DNA of 29,536 nt from a virus (Duplodnaviria > Caudoviricetes). Each line of letters starts with the position of its first letter. The stretch's first letter is position 1. The DNA lies in the IMG/VR virus record IMGVR_UViG_3300032270_000274, positions 1 to 29,536 of that record; one strand, 5' to 3'. Shown here piece by piece: positions 16,963 through 25,081 of the stretch. The notes below the pieces were generated by a model. It was not told where the DNA came from and searched no databases. It was given only the letters and a program-made list of their open reading frames with translations. The position numbers and the translations under genes are program-made.

Positions 16963-17911
16963 TCTTGTACCTGACGACATTGACTTTGCGTCATACCTCG
17001 AACTGACCGACGCCAAGGCTAAGGTCAAGAAGGCGTCTCTATGGATAAAAGACCTGAAAGATGACCTTATCGACCACAAGGAAGTCAAACAAATTTGCCT
17101 GCCTTGGGAAAAGACCAAGAACCTGTTTAACTTTCGTGCGGGTGAGGTCACCTTGTGGTCAGGACAGAATGGTCACGGCAAGTCCTTGATGACCAGTCAA
17201 ATTGCCCTGAGCCTAATTGGTCAAGACCAAAGCGTGTGTATTGCAAGTTTTGAGATGAAACCCTTGACCACCTTGAAGCGCATGGGACGCCAGTTCATTG
17301 GCATGAACCCCTATGCTGAGGAATTCCAAGGGGATGATGGCATCAACACCCTCAAGGGCTTGTACGACGAGTTTGGTGGGTGGATCGAGAAGTGGCTGTG
17401 GTTTTACGACCAACAGGGCAGTGCCGACACCCAAACCGTGTTGGGTATGGCGAAATACTGCGCCGAGGAGTTGAAGATCAAGCACATCTTCATTGACTCG
17501 CTGATGAAGTGCGTAAAGGGGGAGGACGACTACAACGGTCAAAAGAACTTCATCGACACCATCACAGCGATTGCTCGTGACACTGGATGCCACATCCACC
17601 TTGTCCACCACCTTCGCAAGCCCAAGGACGAGAACGAAGTCCCTGATAAGCACGACAACAAGGGTTCAGGGTCGATAACCGATCAGGTGGACAACGTGAT
17701 GTTGGTGTGGCGCAACAAGCGTAAGGAGGATGACGTCAAGCTCAAGGGGGCCAAGTCAAACCACAGCACAGAGCCTGATGCCCGACTTTTGTGCCGCAAA
17801 CAGCGCAACGGCGAGCACGAGCCAACGATTGCCCTTTGGTACAACACCGATTCTCAGCAGTACCTTGCGAGTGACGGTGACGCTCCAATGCGGTTTTACG
17901 CTGACTTCTGA
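16952..17911 (+). CDS. DnaB-like (SF4) replicative helicase
   Basis: Walker A GQNGHGKS, SFEM, Walker B IFIDS, HLVHH, KGSGSITDQVD and KQRNG; ATG at 16952. Confidence 0.85.
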   Translation: MNLNLVPDDIDFASYLELTDAKAKVKKASLWIKDLKDDLIDHKEVKQICLPWEKTKNLFNFRAGEVTLWSGQNGHGKSLMTSQIALSLIGQDQSVCIASFEMKPLTTLKRMGRQFIGMNPYAEEFQGDDGINTLKGLYDEFGGWIEKWLWFYDQQGSADTQTVLGMAKYCAEELKIKHIFIDSLMKCVKGEDDYNGQKNFIDTITAIARDTGCHIHLVHHLRKPKDENEVPDKHDNKGSGSITDQVDNVMLVWRNKRKEDDVKLKGAKSNHSTEPDARLLCRKQRNGEHEPTIALWYNTDSQQYLASDGDAPMRFYADF

Positions 17912-18120
17912 TGTTTCCTGAGGATCACCTTGAGGAAATGACCAACCACTACGCTCGATTGGCTTTGGAGCAGGGGTGGTTGGAGTACACCCGTCATCGA
18001 GTCTCTGAAGTGCAAAAGATCAAGATGTACAAAGGCTTGGGTGAGCGGGTGAAGATCCGCATGGAGGAAATTAAAAATGCAAATAGTTCTGGACTTCCCG
18101 CCAACGGACTTGTTCCCTAA
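17911..18120 (+). CDS. Hypothetical protein
   Basis: 69 aa, TGATG-coupled to the helicase gene. Confidence 0.6.
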   Translation: MFPEDHLEEMTNHYARLALEQGWLEYTRHRVSEVQKIKMYKGLGERVKIRMEEIKNANSSGLPANGLVP

Positions 18121-18481
18121 CAGATCCAAGGGCAAGCATTGGGCGGTGATGCACAAAAGCAAGACAACCTACCGTGAGTCCAGCTATTGGCTCACCAAAC
18201 AGCAGGCAGGAGATTGGAAGCATGCGGGTGGCGATCTACAACTTACCCTCACCTTCCACATGCCTGATAAGCGCCACAGGGACGCTGACAACTGCCTAGC
18301 CGCCGCCAAGGCTGGACTTGACGGCATGGCTGACGCCTTGGGTGTCAATGATCGCCACTTTCAACCCATCACCATATTCCGCATAGCTGGCGCAAGCAAA
18401 GGGCTACTTATTGCCGAATTTGACCAATCCTTTAACTCTGTGTTAAAGTTAATTCCTCATCAACAAGAGAGACCAATATGA
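18077..18481 (+). CDS. rusA: RusA-like Holliday junction resolvase
   Basis: DKRHRDADNCLAAAKAGLDGMADALGVND matches the RusA D-x-D-N..K...D.......ND pattern; GGAGG RBS. Confidence 0.75.
   Translation: MQIVLDFPPTDLFPNRSKGKHWAVMHKSKTTYRESSYWLTKQQAGDWKHAGGDLQLTLTFHMPDKRHRDADNCLAAAKAGLDGMADALGVNDRHFQPITIFRIAGASKGLLIAEFDQSFNSVLKLIPHQQERPI
18420..18449 (+). promoter_or_regulatory. Sigma70-like promoter with overlapping operator (copy 1)
   Basis: TTGACC-N18-TAAAGT with extended TG; shares AATCCTTTAAC-N4-TGTTA with the copies near 19983 and 21396. Confidence 0.55.
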
Positions 18482-18879
18482 ATTCAACCTACACACGCAA
18501 CTCGCTGATCCATCAGGCTATGGAGTCCTTGGATCGCCTTCCACGCTCACCTGAGCAACTTAGAACCAATCTTGCCAACATTTCAATTGGTCGTTTCAAT
18601 GAGGCAGTGACGGAGCCATTGTTGCGAGATGGATTGGTAAAAAACGAAAACGGTGTGATGGTGCTCACCGCATTGGGAAGAGAGAAGATCAGTCAGCTTG
18701 GGATGACAAAGATAAAGCTCCCAGCGTCCCACAAAAACTCCATCATGAACGTCCCATACGACGGAGCGGAATTAAGGATCAAACCTGTACGTATAGGTGC
18801 TGACCAACACGAGAGCTTCCCAAGTCGAGAAGGAGGCCAATTGCGCTATCGAGATGGACGTGTTGAGGAGTTGGCATGA
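18478..18879 (+). CDS. Hypothetical protein (possible winged helix)
   Basis: 133 aa; LLRDGLV...LTALG resembles a wHTH wing. Confidence 0.6.
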   Translation: MNSTYTRNSLIHQAMESLDRLPRSPEQLRTNLANISIGRFNEAVTEPLLRDGLVKNENGVMVLTALGREKISQLGMTKIKLPASHKNSIMNVPYDGAELRIKPVRIGADQHESFPSREGGQLRYRDGRVEELA

Positions 18880-19142
18880 CCGAATCAAGATACATAGACC
18901 CCGAGGACGAGGCGTTCAACGAGATTGAGCGCAGAGCAAAGCAACGCATGGAGTCTGTGAAGGTGGCGGTGCATACGCTTACGGAGTATCAGCGTGGGTA
19001 TGAGACTGGGTTCATTGATGGAATGCAAAAGCAAGCGCAATCAAGCGTGGACAAAGCGGTTAATGCAATGTCACAGCGCACAGAGCAGTTAAAGGCATGT
19101 GTTTATTGCGGTCAACTTGTCATCAAGGAGAAGAACACATGA
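18876..19142 (+). CDS. Hypothetical protein
   Basis: 88 aa, GAGGAG RBS, ATGA coupling. Confidence 0.65.
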   Translation: MTESRYIDPEDEAFNEIERRAKQRMESVKVAVHTLTEYQRGYETGFIDGMQKQAQSSVDKAVNAMSQRTEQLKACVYCGQLVIKEKNT

Positions 19143-19336
19143 TTGACAAACTCATTCTCAGTGCAGTGCTGGGCGTGGTGGGGTTCAATGGGTTATTTCC
19201 TGACCCGCCACAGCCTGTGACTTCTTGGCAGTTACAAGTCAAAGCAAAACAAGCATCCAAAAGTGAAATGTGTGCAAAAAAGAAAAAGAGCAAGACCGTA
19301 AAAAAACTATGTGAAAGGTGGGGGAAATATGAGTGA
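19139..19336 (+). CDS. Small protein with a hydrophobic N-terminus
   Basis: ATG 19139 with AAGGAG RBS; starts MIDKLILSAVLGVVGF. Confidence 0.6.
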   Translation: MIDKLILSAVLGVVGFNGLFPDPPQPVTSWQLQVKAKQASKSEMCAKKKKSKTVKKLCERWGKYE

Positions 19337-19670
19337 AATGATTGATCCAAATCAGGCGATTGACTACATCATTGCCAAGTCGGGCGAGTATGCCCAAGCA
19401 AGAGCCGAACGCATTTACATGGAGGAGCTTCGCAAGACCATCAAGGCAGAGCTATGCAAGACAGCCTTGCATCATGGGTTTGAGGCGGTAAACGCCCAAG
19501 AGAGGGAGGCATACAGCGACCCCAACTACAAAAAGCACCTTATGGCGATCAAACAGGCCGTGGAGGCCGAGGAAAAGCTTCGGTGGATGCTGATAGCCGC
19601 CCAAGCTCGAATCGACGTATGGCGGTCTCAGGAGGCGTCCAATAGGGCTGTTGAGCGCATGACCCTGTGA
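19329..19670 (+). CDS. Helical hypothetical protein (possible recombination accessory)
   Basis: 113 aa coiled-coil-like protein next to the Ref-like nuclease; function inferred from context only. Confidence 0.65.
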   Translation: MSEMIDPNQAIDYIIAKSGEYAQARAERIYMEELRKTIKAELCKTALHHGFEAVNAQEREAYSDPNYKKHLMAIKQAVEAEEKLRWMLIAAQARIDVWRSQEASNRAVERMTL

Positions 19671-19945
19671 ACGAGAAGGAATGGATGAATGCCGTGGCAG
19701 AGCTTGGCTGTGGCATGTGCAGGCGCATGGGGTACGGCGAGACCCCTGCCCAACTGCACCACCCACGGGAAGGTGTTGGGATGGCGCAACGCCAAAGCAA
19801 TTGGTTGGTGATCCCCCTGTGCCCTGCCCACCACACTGGCTCCAAGGGTTGGCACGGCACGAGGGATGACTTTAAGCGCCACGGCGTGGATGAGTTGGAC
19901 ATTCTTGCCGACACTATCGAACTGATAGCAAAAAACCACACTTAG
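19667..19945 (+). CDS. Ref-family (recombination enhancement) HNH-like nuclease
   Basis: GCGMC...PAQLHH...IPLCPAHH metal-binding pattern; GTG start overlapping the upstream stop. Confidence 0.75.
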   Translation: MNEKEWMNAVAELGCGMCRRMGYGETPAQLHHPREGVGMAQRQSNWLVIPLCPAHHTGSKGWHGTRDDFKRHGVDELDILADTIELIAKNHT

Positions 19946-20047
19946 GGTAAATCCCTACAAAAATAGTTGGGAAACCTATTGCAATCCTTTAACACGGTGT
20001 TATAGTTACATCACTGCAACATCGCAGGAACGTAAAAAGGAAACCAA
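19943..20047 (+). promoter_or_regulatory. Promoter cassette (copy 2)
   Basis: TAGGG-N5-CCCTA, TTGCAA-N16-TATAGT with TGn, TAACACGGTGTTA operator, CTGC..GCAG hairpin and AAGGA RBS. Confidence 0.75.
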
Positions 20048-20362
20048 ATGAAAAACGATCTGCCCTTCACCAAAGTCGACACCCTCGGTTCACTCTTGGC
20101 TCAAATTGCCGACCTTACCGCTCAGGCTGAAGCAATCAAAGACGAGATCAAAGATCTTGGCTCCATGAATCTTCTACCCACAAAAATTTCTAACAAAAAA
20201 GAAGTTCAATTCCTAGAGGGTGCGTTGTTCAGTGCCACCTATATACCAGCCAACAAAACCTTGTTTGACAAAGAGAAGTTTGTCGCTGAGTTTGGCGAAG
20301 CCAAATACTTGGAGTACACCAAGGTGTCCTGCTCCTTCTCTGTCAAAGTAACTTCACGTTAA
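20048..20362 (+). CDS. Hypothetical protein
   Basis: 104 aa, directly after the promoter cassette and RBS. Confidence 0.75.
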   Translation: MKNDLPFTKVDTLGSLLAQIADLTAQAEAIKDEIKDLGSMNLLPTKISNKKEVQFLEGALFSATYIPANKTLFDKEKFVAEFGEAKYLEYTKVSCSFSVKVTSR

Positions 20363-20374
20363 TCGGAGGCCAAC

Positions 20375-20638
20375 ATGACTGACGCAAAGAAAGATTTTGG
20401 CAAAGTGTCCCACCACACTTACTTTGACCCAATGGTTCACAGCACGGTGGATGACATGTGTTTTGTTTGTTTGCATGAGTTGGACTTGCATGCAGAGGGC
20501 GAATACTGGCATCCCATCAAGGTGCGTCGAGACTTGTTGAACTTTATCAACAAGCATGGCACTGACTATTACAAGAGCGAGGCTCTGCGCCAATTCAATC
20601 TTGGCAAAGACAAGCGCAAAGAAGACAGCTACATCTAA
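20375..20638 (+). CDS. Hypothetical protein
   Basis: 87 aa, GGAGG RBS. Confidence 0.7.
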   Translation: MTDAKKDFGKVSHHTYFDPMVHSTVDDMCFVCLHELDLHAEGEYWHPIKVRRDLLNFINKHGTDYYKSEALRQFNLGKDKRKEDSYI

Positions 20639-20644
20639 TCAACC

Positions 20645-20663
20645 AACGGGGGCCTAGCCCCCA
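20645..20663. repeat. Intergenic hairpin repeat, copy 1
   Basis: AACGGGGGC-cta-GCCCCCA followed by AAGGA. Confidence 0.85.
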
Positions 20664-20676
20664 CTAAGGAATCATC

Positions 20677-20871
20677 ATGAGCATCAAAGTCGAATACATC
20701 CAAACACTCAAAATGTGGAGAGCAGAGTACCGTGACGAGGTTGGCACTCTTGGCTTGGGCTTTACTGCCCAAGACCGTGATGACGCCATCTTTGGTCTTG
20801 GCATGCAGATGGGACGTGAGCCAGAGAAATTCAGTCGTCCATTGGGCGAATACTTCAACCAACAAGACTAA
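20677..20871 (+). CDS. Hypothetical protein
   Basis: 64 aa, AAGGA RBS, flanked by hairpin repeats. Confidence 0.7.
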   Translation: MSIKVEYIQTLKMWRAEYRDEVGTLGLGFTAQDRDDAIFGLGMQMGREPEKFSRPLGEYFNQQD

Positions 20872-20875
20872 ACCA

Positions 20876-20895
20876 AACGGGGGCTACAGCCCCCA
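20876..20895. repeat. Intergenic hairpin repeat, copy 2
   Basis: AACGGGGGC-taca-GCCCCCA followed by AGGAG. Confidence 0.85.
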
Positions 20896-20907
20896 TAGGA
20901 GAACACC

Positions 20908-21099
20908 ATGACAGTTATTGCAGAAACAAAAACAATCGGAACCGACAACGGTATTGGCGACATCTTCCTTGCTGATGTTCAATATAACGATGGCAGTGTG
21001 GGTCGTGTCGTTGTTTACGGAGGCAACCTTCAGGGGGCTTCACGCCTACTCAATTTGTACAAGAATATTTATGGCTTTGTCGTCACCAATTTATCTTGA
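20908..21099 (+). CDS. Hypothetical protein
   Basis: 63 aa, AGGAG RBS. Confidence 0.65.
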   Translation: MTVIAETKTIGTDNGIGDIFLADVQYNDGSVGRVVVYGGNLQGASRLLNLYKNIYGFVVTNLS

Positions 21100-21109
21100 G
21101 GGGGTCACC

Positions 21110-21367
21110 ATGAAGCGCAAATACATCAAAGCCTACAACGCCCTCAAGAAGCTGGGGGTTCCCGTCTACGTGCGTGACGACATGGATGGGAGGTTCCAGA
21201 TCAGCGCCGAGGAGCCTGACAGCTTCAAGTGGCTGGACTATTACGAGGGATACCGCATCATCGGTTGGTCGTTCGGCGTTCACCCCAAGATTGACAACAT
21301 CCTGCATAACTGTGGCTTGCATGCCGAGTGGATCAATGCTGGCGAGTTGGGGGTGTACGAGAATTAA
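21110..21367 (+). CDS. Hypothetical protein
   Basis: ATG 21110 (MKRKYIKAYNALKKLG) with GAGGGGG RBS; 85 aa. Confidence 0.7.
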   Translation: MKRKYIKAYNALKKLGVPVYVRDDMDGRFQISAEEPDSFKWLDYYEGYRIIGWSFGVHPKIDNILHNCGLHAEWINAGELGVYEN

Positions 21368-21377
21368 TTGGGGAGGG

Positions 21378-21460
21378 TAGGGAAATCCCCTATCTAATCC
21401 TTTAACAATCTGTTATACTAATCCCTACTGCGATGTTGCAGGAACGATAAGGAGATAGAC
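21378..21460 (+). promoter_or_regulatory. Promoter cassette (copy 3)
   Basis: TAGGG-N5-CCCTA, TAACAATCTGTTA operator, TGn-TATACT, CTGC..GCAG hairpin and AAGGAG RBS. Confidence 0.75.
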
Positions 21461-22345
21461 ATGGATACATTCAGCGGAACAGGTTTCGACGACATGGCTG
21501 ATGACTTGGGTGCGGTTTACGCAACTACACCCGTTGCCACTGCCACCAAAGAGGTTGTGTACTTCGAGCAGAACTGCCCCAAATGCACAGGCTCTGGCAT
21601 GTACTACGGCGCAAGCCGCTACGGCATGCGGTGCTTCACCTGCAAGGGTTTGGGCAAGCTGTCCTTCAAGACTTCCCCTGCTACCCGTGCCAAGGCAAAG
21701 GAATCTGCACAGCGTCGTGCAGTTGCCAAGGCTGATGCCCAAGCCGCCAAAGCGCAGGAATGGAAAGATGCCAACCCCGCCGAGACCGCATGGATGGAGT
21801 CTAGCGCCCCTCGTTTCGAGTTTGCTCAGTCCATGTTGGACGCCCTCAACAAGTACGGTCACCTCACCGAAAAGCAGATGGCTACCGTCCAACGCCTGAC
21901 CGTGCAAAGCGCCGAGCGCCAAGCTCAGTACCAAGCAGAGCGTCAAGCCAAGGCAGAGACCGCCCCAGAACTGTCTGTAGAGGCCATAGAGGTGGCTTTC
22001 AAGACCGCCAAGGACGCTGGTATCAAATTCCCCAAATTGCGCCTTGAAGGCTTTGTTTTCAGCCCTGCTGGCGAAAAGAGTGCAAACGCTGGCGCTGTGT
22101 ACATTAAAAACAAAGAAGATGGCGTGTATCTGGGTAAGGTTATGGGCGGCAAGCTCTTCACTTCCCGTGATTGCACCGCTGAAGCCAAAGATCGCATCGT
22201 GGCGGTGGCTACTGACCCCAAGCAAGCCGCCATTGCTTACGGTCAGAAGTTTGGCTCCTGCGCAGTGTGTGGTCGTGAGTTGACTGATGGTGACAGCGTC
22301 AGTCGTGGCATTGGCCCAATCTGCGCTGAAAAGTACGGCTGGTAA
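21461..22345 (+). CDS. Zinc-finger protein with a C-terminal DUF6011-like domain
   Basis: DnaJ-type CPKCTGSG...CFTCKGLG, and C-terminal CAVCGRELTD..SVSRGIGPIC. Confidence 0.75.
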   Translation: MDTFSGTGFDDMADDLGAVYATTPVATATKEVVYFEQNCPKCTGSGMYYGASRYGMRCFTCKGLGKLSFKTSPATRAKAKESAQRRAVAKADAQAAKAQEWKDANPAETAWMESSAPRFEFAQSMLDALNKYGHLTEKQMATVQRLTVQSAERQAQYQAERQAKAETAPELSVEAIEVAFKTAKDAGIKFPKLRLEGFVFSPAGEKSANAGAVYIKNKEDGVYLGKVMGGKLFTSRDCTAEAKDRIVAVATDPKQAAIAYGQKFGSCAVCGRELTDGDSVSRGIGPICAEKYGW

Positions 22346-22347
22346 AC

Positions 22348-22365
22348 AACGGGGGCTTGCCCCCA
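22348..22365. repeat. Intergenic hairpin repeat, copy 3
   Basis: AACGGGGGC-tt-GCCCCCA followed by AAGGA. Confidence 0.85.
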
Positions 22366-22380
22366 ATTTAAGGAAACATC

Positions 22381-22545
22381 ATGACATCAACATCCGAATA
22401 CAGTCGAATCTTTGACAGCGGCATTGACTTTGCCGTGAGCGCCATCAACGAGCACTGCAAGACCGAATACAAGTCTTTGGCAGAAGCCATCATTGCAATC
22501 CAAAAACTGCAACAAGAAGTTAAAGAAGCAAAGGAGTCAACATGA
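22381..22545 (+). CDS. Small hypothetical protein (54 aa, not in the ORF track)
   Basis: MTSTSEYSRIFDSG...KEAKEST*; AAGGA RBS; ATGA overlap with the next gene. Confidence 0.65.
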   Translation: MTSTSEYSRIFDSGIDFAVSAINEHCKTEYKSLAEAIIAIQKLQQEVKEAKEST

Positions 22546-22724
22546 GCAATGAATTGGAGTTTCTCATTAAAACTCATGAAGGCAAGCACAATGTCCGAGT
22601 CAGTCGCAATGATGATGGCGTGTGGTTTAGCCTGTTCATGTCGGGTTGCAATGCTTACACTACCCTCACAAAGGCGCAAGCCCAAGAGTTGATTGACGCC
22701 TTGACTGCTGTCGTAAAGGGGTAA
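22542..22724 (+). CDS. Hypothetical protein
   Basis: 60 aa, AAGGAG RBS. Confidence 0.7.
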   Translation: MSNELEFLIKTHEGKHNVRVSRNDDGVWFSLFMSGCNAYTTLTKAQAQELIDALTAVVKG

Positions 22725-22727
22725 AAT

Positions 22728-22844
22728 ATGTGGGACTACCTGATGATTGTTTTCTTACTTGTATTGGGGACAATCATTGGGATTGCCTCAATCGCCATAT
22801 TCATCAACTTGATTTGGTTTCTAGAAAATGGAGAAGACAATTGA
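22728..22844 (+). CDS. Small single-pass membrane protein (38 aa, not in the ORF track)
   Basis: MWDYLMIVFLLVLGTIIGIASIAIFINLIWFLENGEDN*; AAGGGG RBS. Confidence 0.6.
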   Translation: MWDYLMIVFLLVLGTIIGIASIAIFINLIWFLENGEDN

Positions 22845-23116
22845 ATCCATCACAACCTACGCCTCATCAGTTCGTGGAGATCACGGGAGTCGAGGACTCA
22901 AAGTCACTTGGGGAAAAGCTTATCGGTGTTCAGCTTGCGGACGGGTATGGACTCTTCGGACAACAGCAGAGTCCCACGAGTGCGGAGGAGATATGGAGCG
23001 TGGAGTTCTGTCGCCAAAACCCCGAGAAAGCCTCTGAGGCCATCAAAACCCTTCAGATGATGCTTGACGCCATAGAGAACGAGCTTAAGGAAATCATGGC
23101 GATTGTGAGCAAATAG
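22841..23116 (+). CDS. Hypothetical protein (TTG start proposed)
   Basis: 3' part of track ORF 22730..23116; TTGA overlap with the upstream stop and GGAG at 22830. Confidence 0.55.
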   Translation: MNPSQPTPHQFVEITGVEDSKSLGEKLIGVQLADGYGLFGQQQSPTSAEEIWSVEFCRQNPEKASEAIKTLQMMLDAIENELKEIMAIVSK

Positions 23117-23159
23117 GATTCCATGTAAACTACAGGTTAAAGGAGCCGTTGAAATTATT

Positions 23160-23654
23160 ATGGCAACACAACCAAAACACGCTGGTGGGCGTCCATCCAA
23201 ATACACCGAAGAGCTTGGCATAAAGATCTGCGCACTGTTAGCCGCAGGTACGCCCGTTACGAAGATAGTTCTATTGGATGACATGCCTAGCCAACAGACT
23301 GTATATACGTGGTTACGCAAACACCCTGAGTTTCTTGAGTTATACGAGATAGCAAGGCAGGATCTTGCCCATACGATGGCGAATCAAATCCAAGAGATCA
23401 TTGACGAGAAACCCCTACAGATCGTGGATGAGGCAGGCAACATCAAGTACGACTCAGGCAGTATTGCTGACAAACGCCTACGCATGGATGGTCGCAAGTG
23501 GCTAGCCGCCAAGTACCTTCCCAAGGTCTATGGTGAGCGCACGGTGGTGGCTGGTGACGCTGAAGCGCCTATGAACCATAAGGTGACCTTCGACGCCTTC
23601 GACACGGTGATTGAGGCGCTTGAGGCTCGTAGGCAGGCTAAGGCGCATGGCTGA
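23160..23654 (+). CDS. terS: Terminase small subunit (Sf6 gp1-like)
   Basis: GRPSKY, MPSQQTVYTWL HTH, RLRMDGRKWLAAKYLPKVYG; directly upstream of terL. Confidence 0.85.
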   Translation: MATQPKHAGGRPSKYTEELGIKICALLAAGTPVTKIVLLDDMPSQQTVYTWLRKHPEFLELYEIARQDLAHTMANQIQEIIDEKPLQIVDEAGNIKYDSGSIADKRLRMDGRKWLAAKYLPKVYGERTVVAGDAEAPMNHKVTFDAFDTVIEALEARRQAKAHG

Positions 23655-25071
23655 TGACCTCATTACTCTGCTCAAGAACGAGGGAGTCAGAGAGCAGTAT
23701 GCCAACCTCCCCCCAGAACTCAGAGCCGCCTTCGATTGGCGAGTCAAGTGGCTGTCCCAAGCCCATGACCACCAAATTACCCCGCCCGACGATTGGTGGA
23801 CGATATGGCTCCTGTTGGCTGGTAGGGGGGCTGGGAAGACCAGAACAGCCGCTGAACAGATAGGGTGGTGGGCTTGGACGGAGCCAAACACTCGATGGTT
23901 GGTAGCCGCCCCCACCTCCGCTGACGTTCGTGCCACCTGCTTTGAGGGTGACTCTGGGTTGTTGGCGGTGATCCCACCCATCCTCATAGCTGACTACAAC
24001 AAGACCGCCCACGAGCTACGCCTTACCAATGGCTCCCTGATCAAGGGCATTCCCGCCTCTGAGCCTGAACGCTTTCGTGGCCCTCAGTTCCACGGTGGGT
24101 GGTGTGACGAGCTAGCCGCATGGGACTACCTCCAAGAGGCATGGGATCAAATCATGTTCGGCGTTCGCCTTGGTAAGCACACTCGCCTTATTTGCTCTAC
24201 CACCCCCAAGCCCAAGGACTTGATCGTCGAGCTTGTCGGTCGAGAGGGTGAGGATGTGGTGGTGACAAGAGCCAGCACTTACTCCAATCTAGCGAACCTT
24301 GCACCAAGCTTTCAAAAGCAGATCCTTCAGTACGAGGGAACGAAGATCGGTCGACAGGAGATCCACGCCGAGATCCTTGACCCTGAGGATTCTGGCATCG
24401 TCAAGAGGGAGATGTTCAGGCTGTGGCCCAACGGCAAGCCCTTCCCCAAATTCGAGTACATCGTGCAGTCCTATGACTGCGCCAGCAGTGAGAAGACACA
24501 AAACGATCCGACCGCCTGCATCACGTTTGGGGTGTTCAAGCCCTTGGATGGCCCAATGAGCGCCATGGTGATCGACTGTTGGCAAGAGCACCTTCAATAC
24601 CCAGATCTGCGCCCCAAGGTGATCGACGAGTACGCCATTGTGTTTGGCGAGGGTAAGGAGGCGAAGAGGGTTGACTTGATCTTGATCGAGGACAAGTCGG
24701 CGGGTATAGCTCTTATACAAGACTTGAGGCGTGGGCACTTGCCTGTCGTGCCGTACAACCCGGGCCGAGCGGACAAAGTCCAACGCCTAAACATTGTGTC
24801 CAACATCATCGCTCGTGGGCGTGTGTGGATACCCGAGAGCGACAATAGGAAGGGCTACGTCAAGGCATGGGCTGAGGGCTTCGTGAGCCAAATATGCTCC
24901 TTCCCTGACGCCAAGCACGACGACTTTGTGGACGCCTGCACACAAGCCTTGCGGTATTTGCGGGACTCTGGGTGGATCGACATTGACGGTGCGCCACCAG
25001 AGCTTTATGATGAGGACGACTACGCTGACAGCCAACAAGGGAAGAAGAAGGGTAACCCTTACGCTATGTAG
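23647..25071 (+). CDS. terL: Terminase large subunit
   Basis: Walker A AGRGAGKT, Walker B WCDE, coupling motif STTP, nuclease residues SYD...HDDFVDA; ATG at 23647. Confidence 0.93.
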   Translation: MADDLITLLKNEGVREQYANLPPELRAAFDWRVKWLSQAHDHQITPPDDWWTIWLLLAGRGAGKTRTAAEQIGWWAWTEPNTRWLVAAPTSADVRATCFEGDSGLLAVIPPILIADYNKTAHELRLTNGSLIKGIPASEPERFRGPQFHGGWCDELAAWDYLQEAWDQIMFGVRLGKHTRLICSTTPKPKDLIVELVGREGEDVVVTRASTYSNLANLAPSFQKQILQYEGTKIGRQEIHAEILDPEDSGIVKREMFRLWPNGKPFPKFEYIVQSYDCASSEKTQNDPTACITFGVFKPLDGPMSAMVIDCWQEHLQYPDLRPKVIDEYAIVFGEGKEAKRVDLILIEDKSAGIALIQDLRRGHLPVVPYNPGRADKVQRLNIVSNIIARGRVWIPESDNRKGYVKAWAEGFVSQICSFPDAKHDDFVDACTQALRYLRDSGWIDIDGAPPELYDEDDYADSQQGKKKGNPYAM

Positions 25072-25081
25072 GTCAATTTAC

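Noticed and set aside
20645-22365. Hairpin repeats as a CRISPR array or integron attC sites
   Set aside because: Spacing is irregular (about 230 and 1470 bp) with whole genes in between; no cas or integrase gene is visible and there is no attC-like architecture.
21425-22366. 313-aa - strand ORF
   Set aside because: Antisense shadow of the zinc-finger gene, which has the promoter, RBS and recognisable motifs.
22730-22840. N-terminal part of track ORF 22730..23116
   Set aside because: Better explained by the 38-aa membrane gene 22728..22844 plus a TTG start at 22841.
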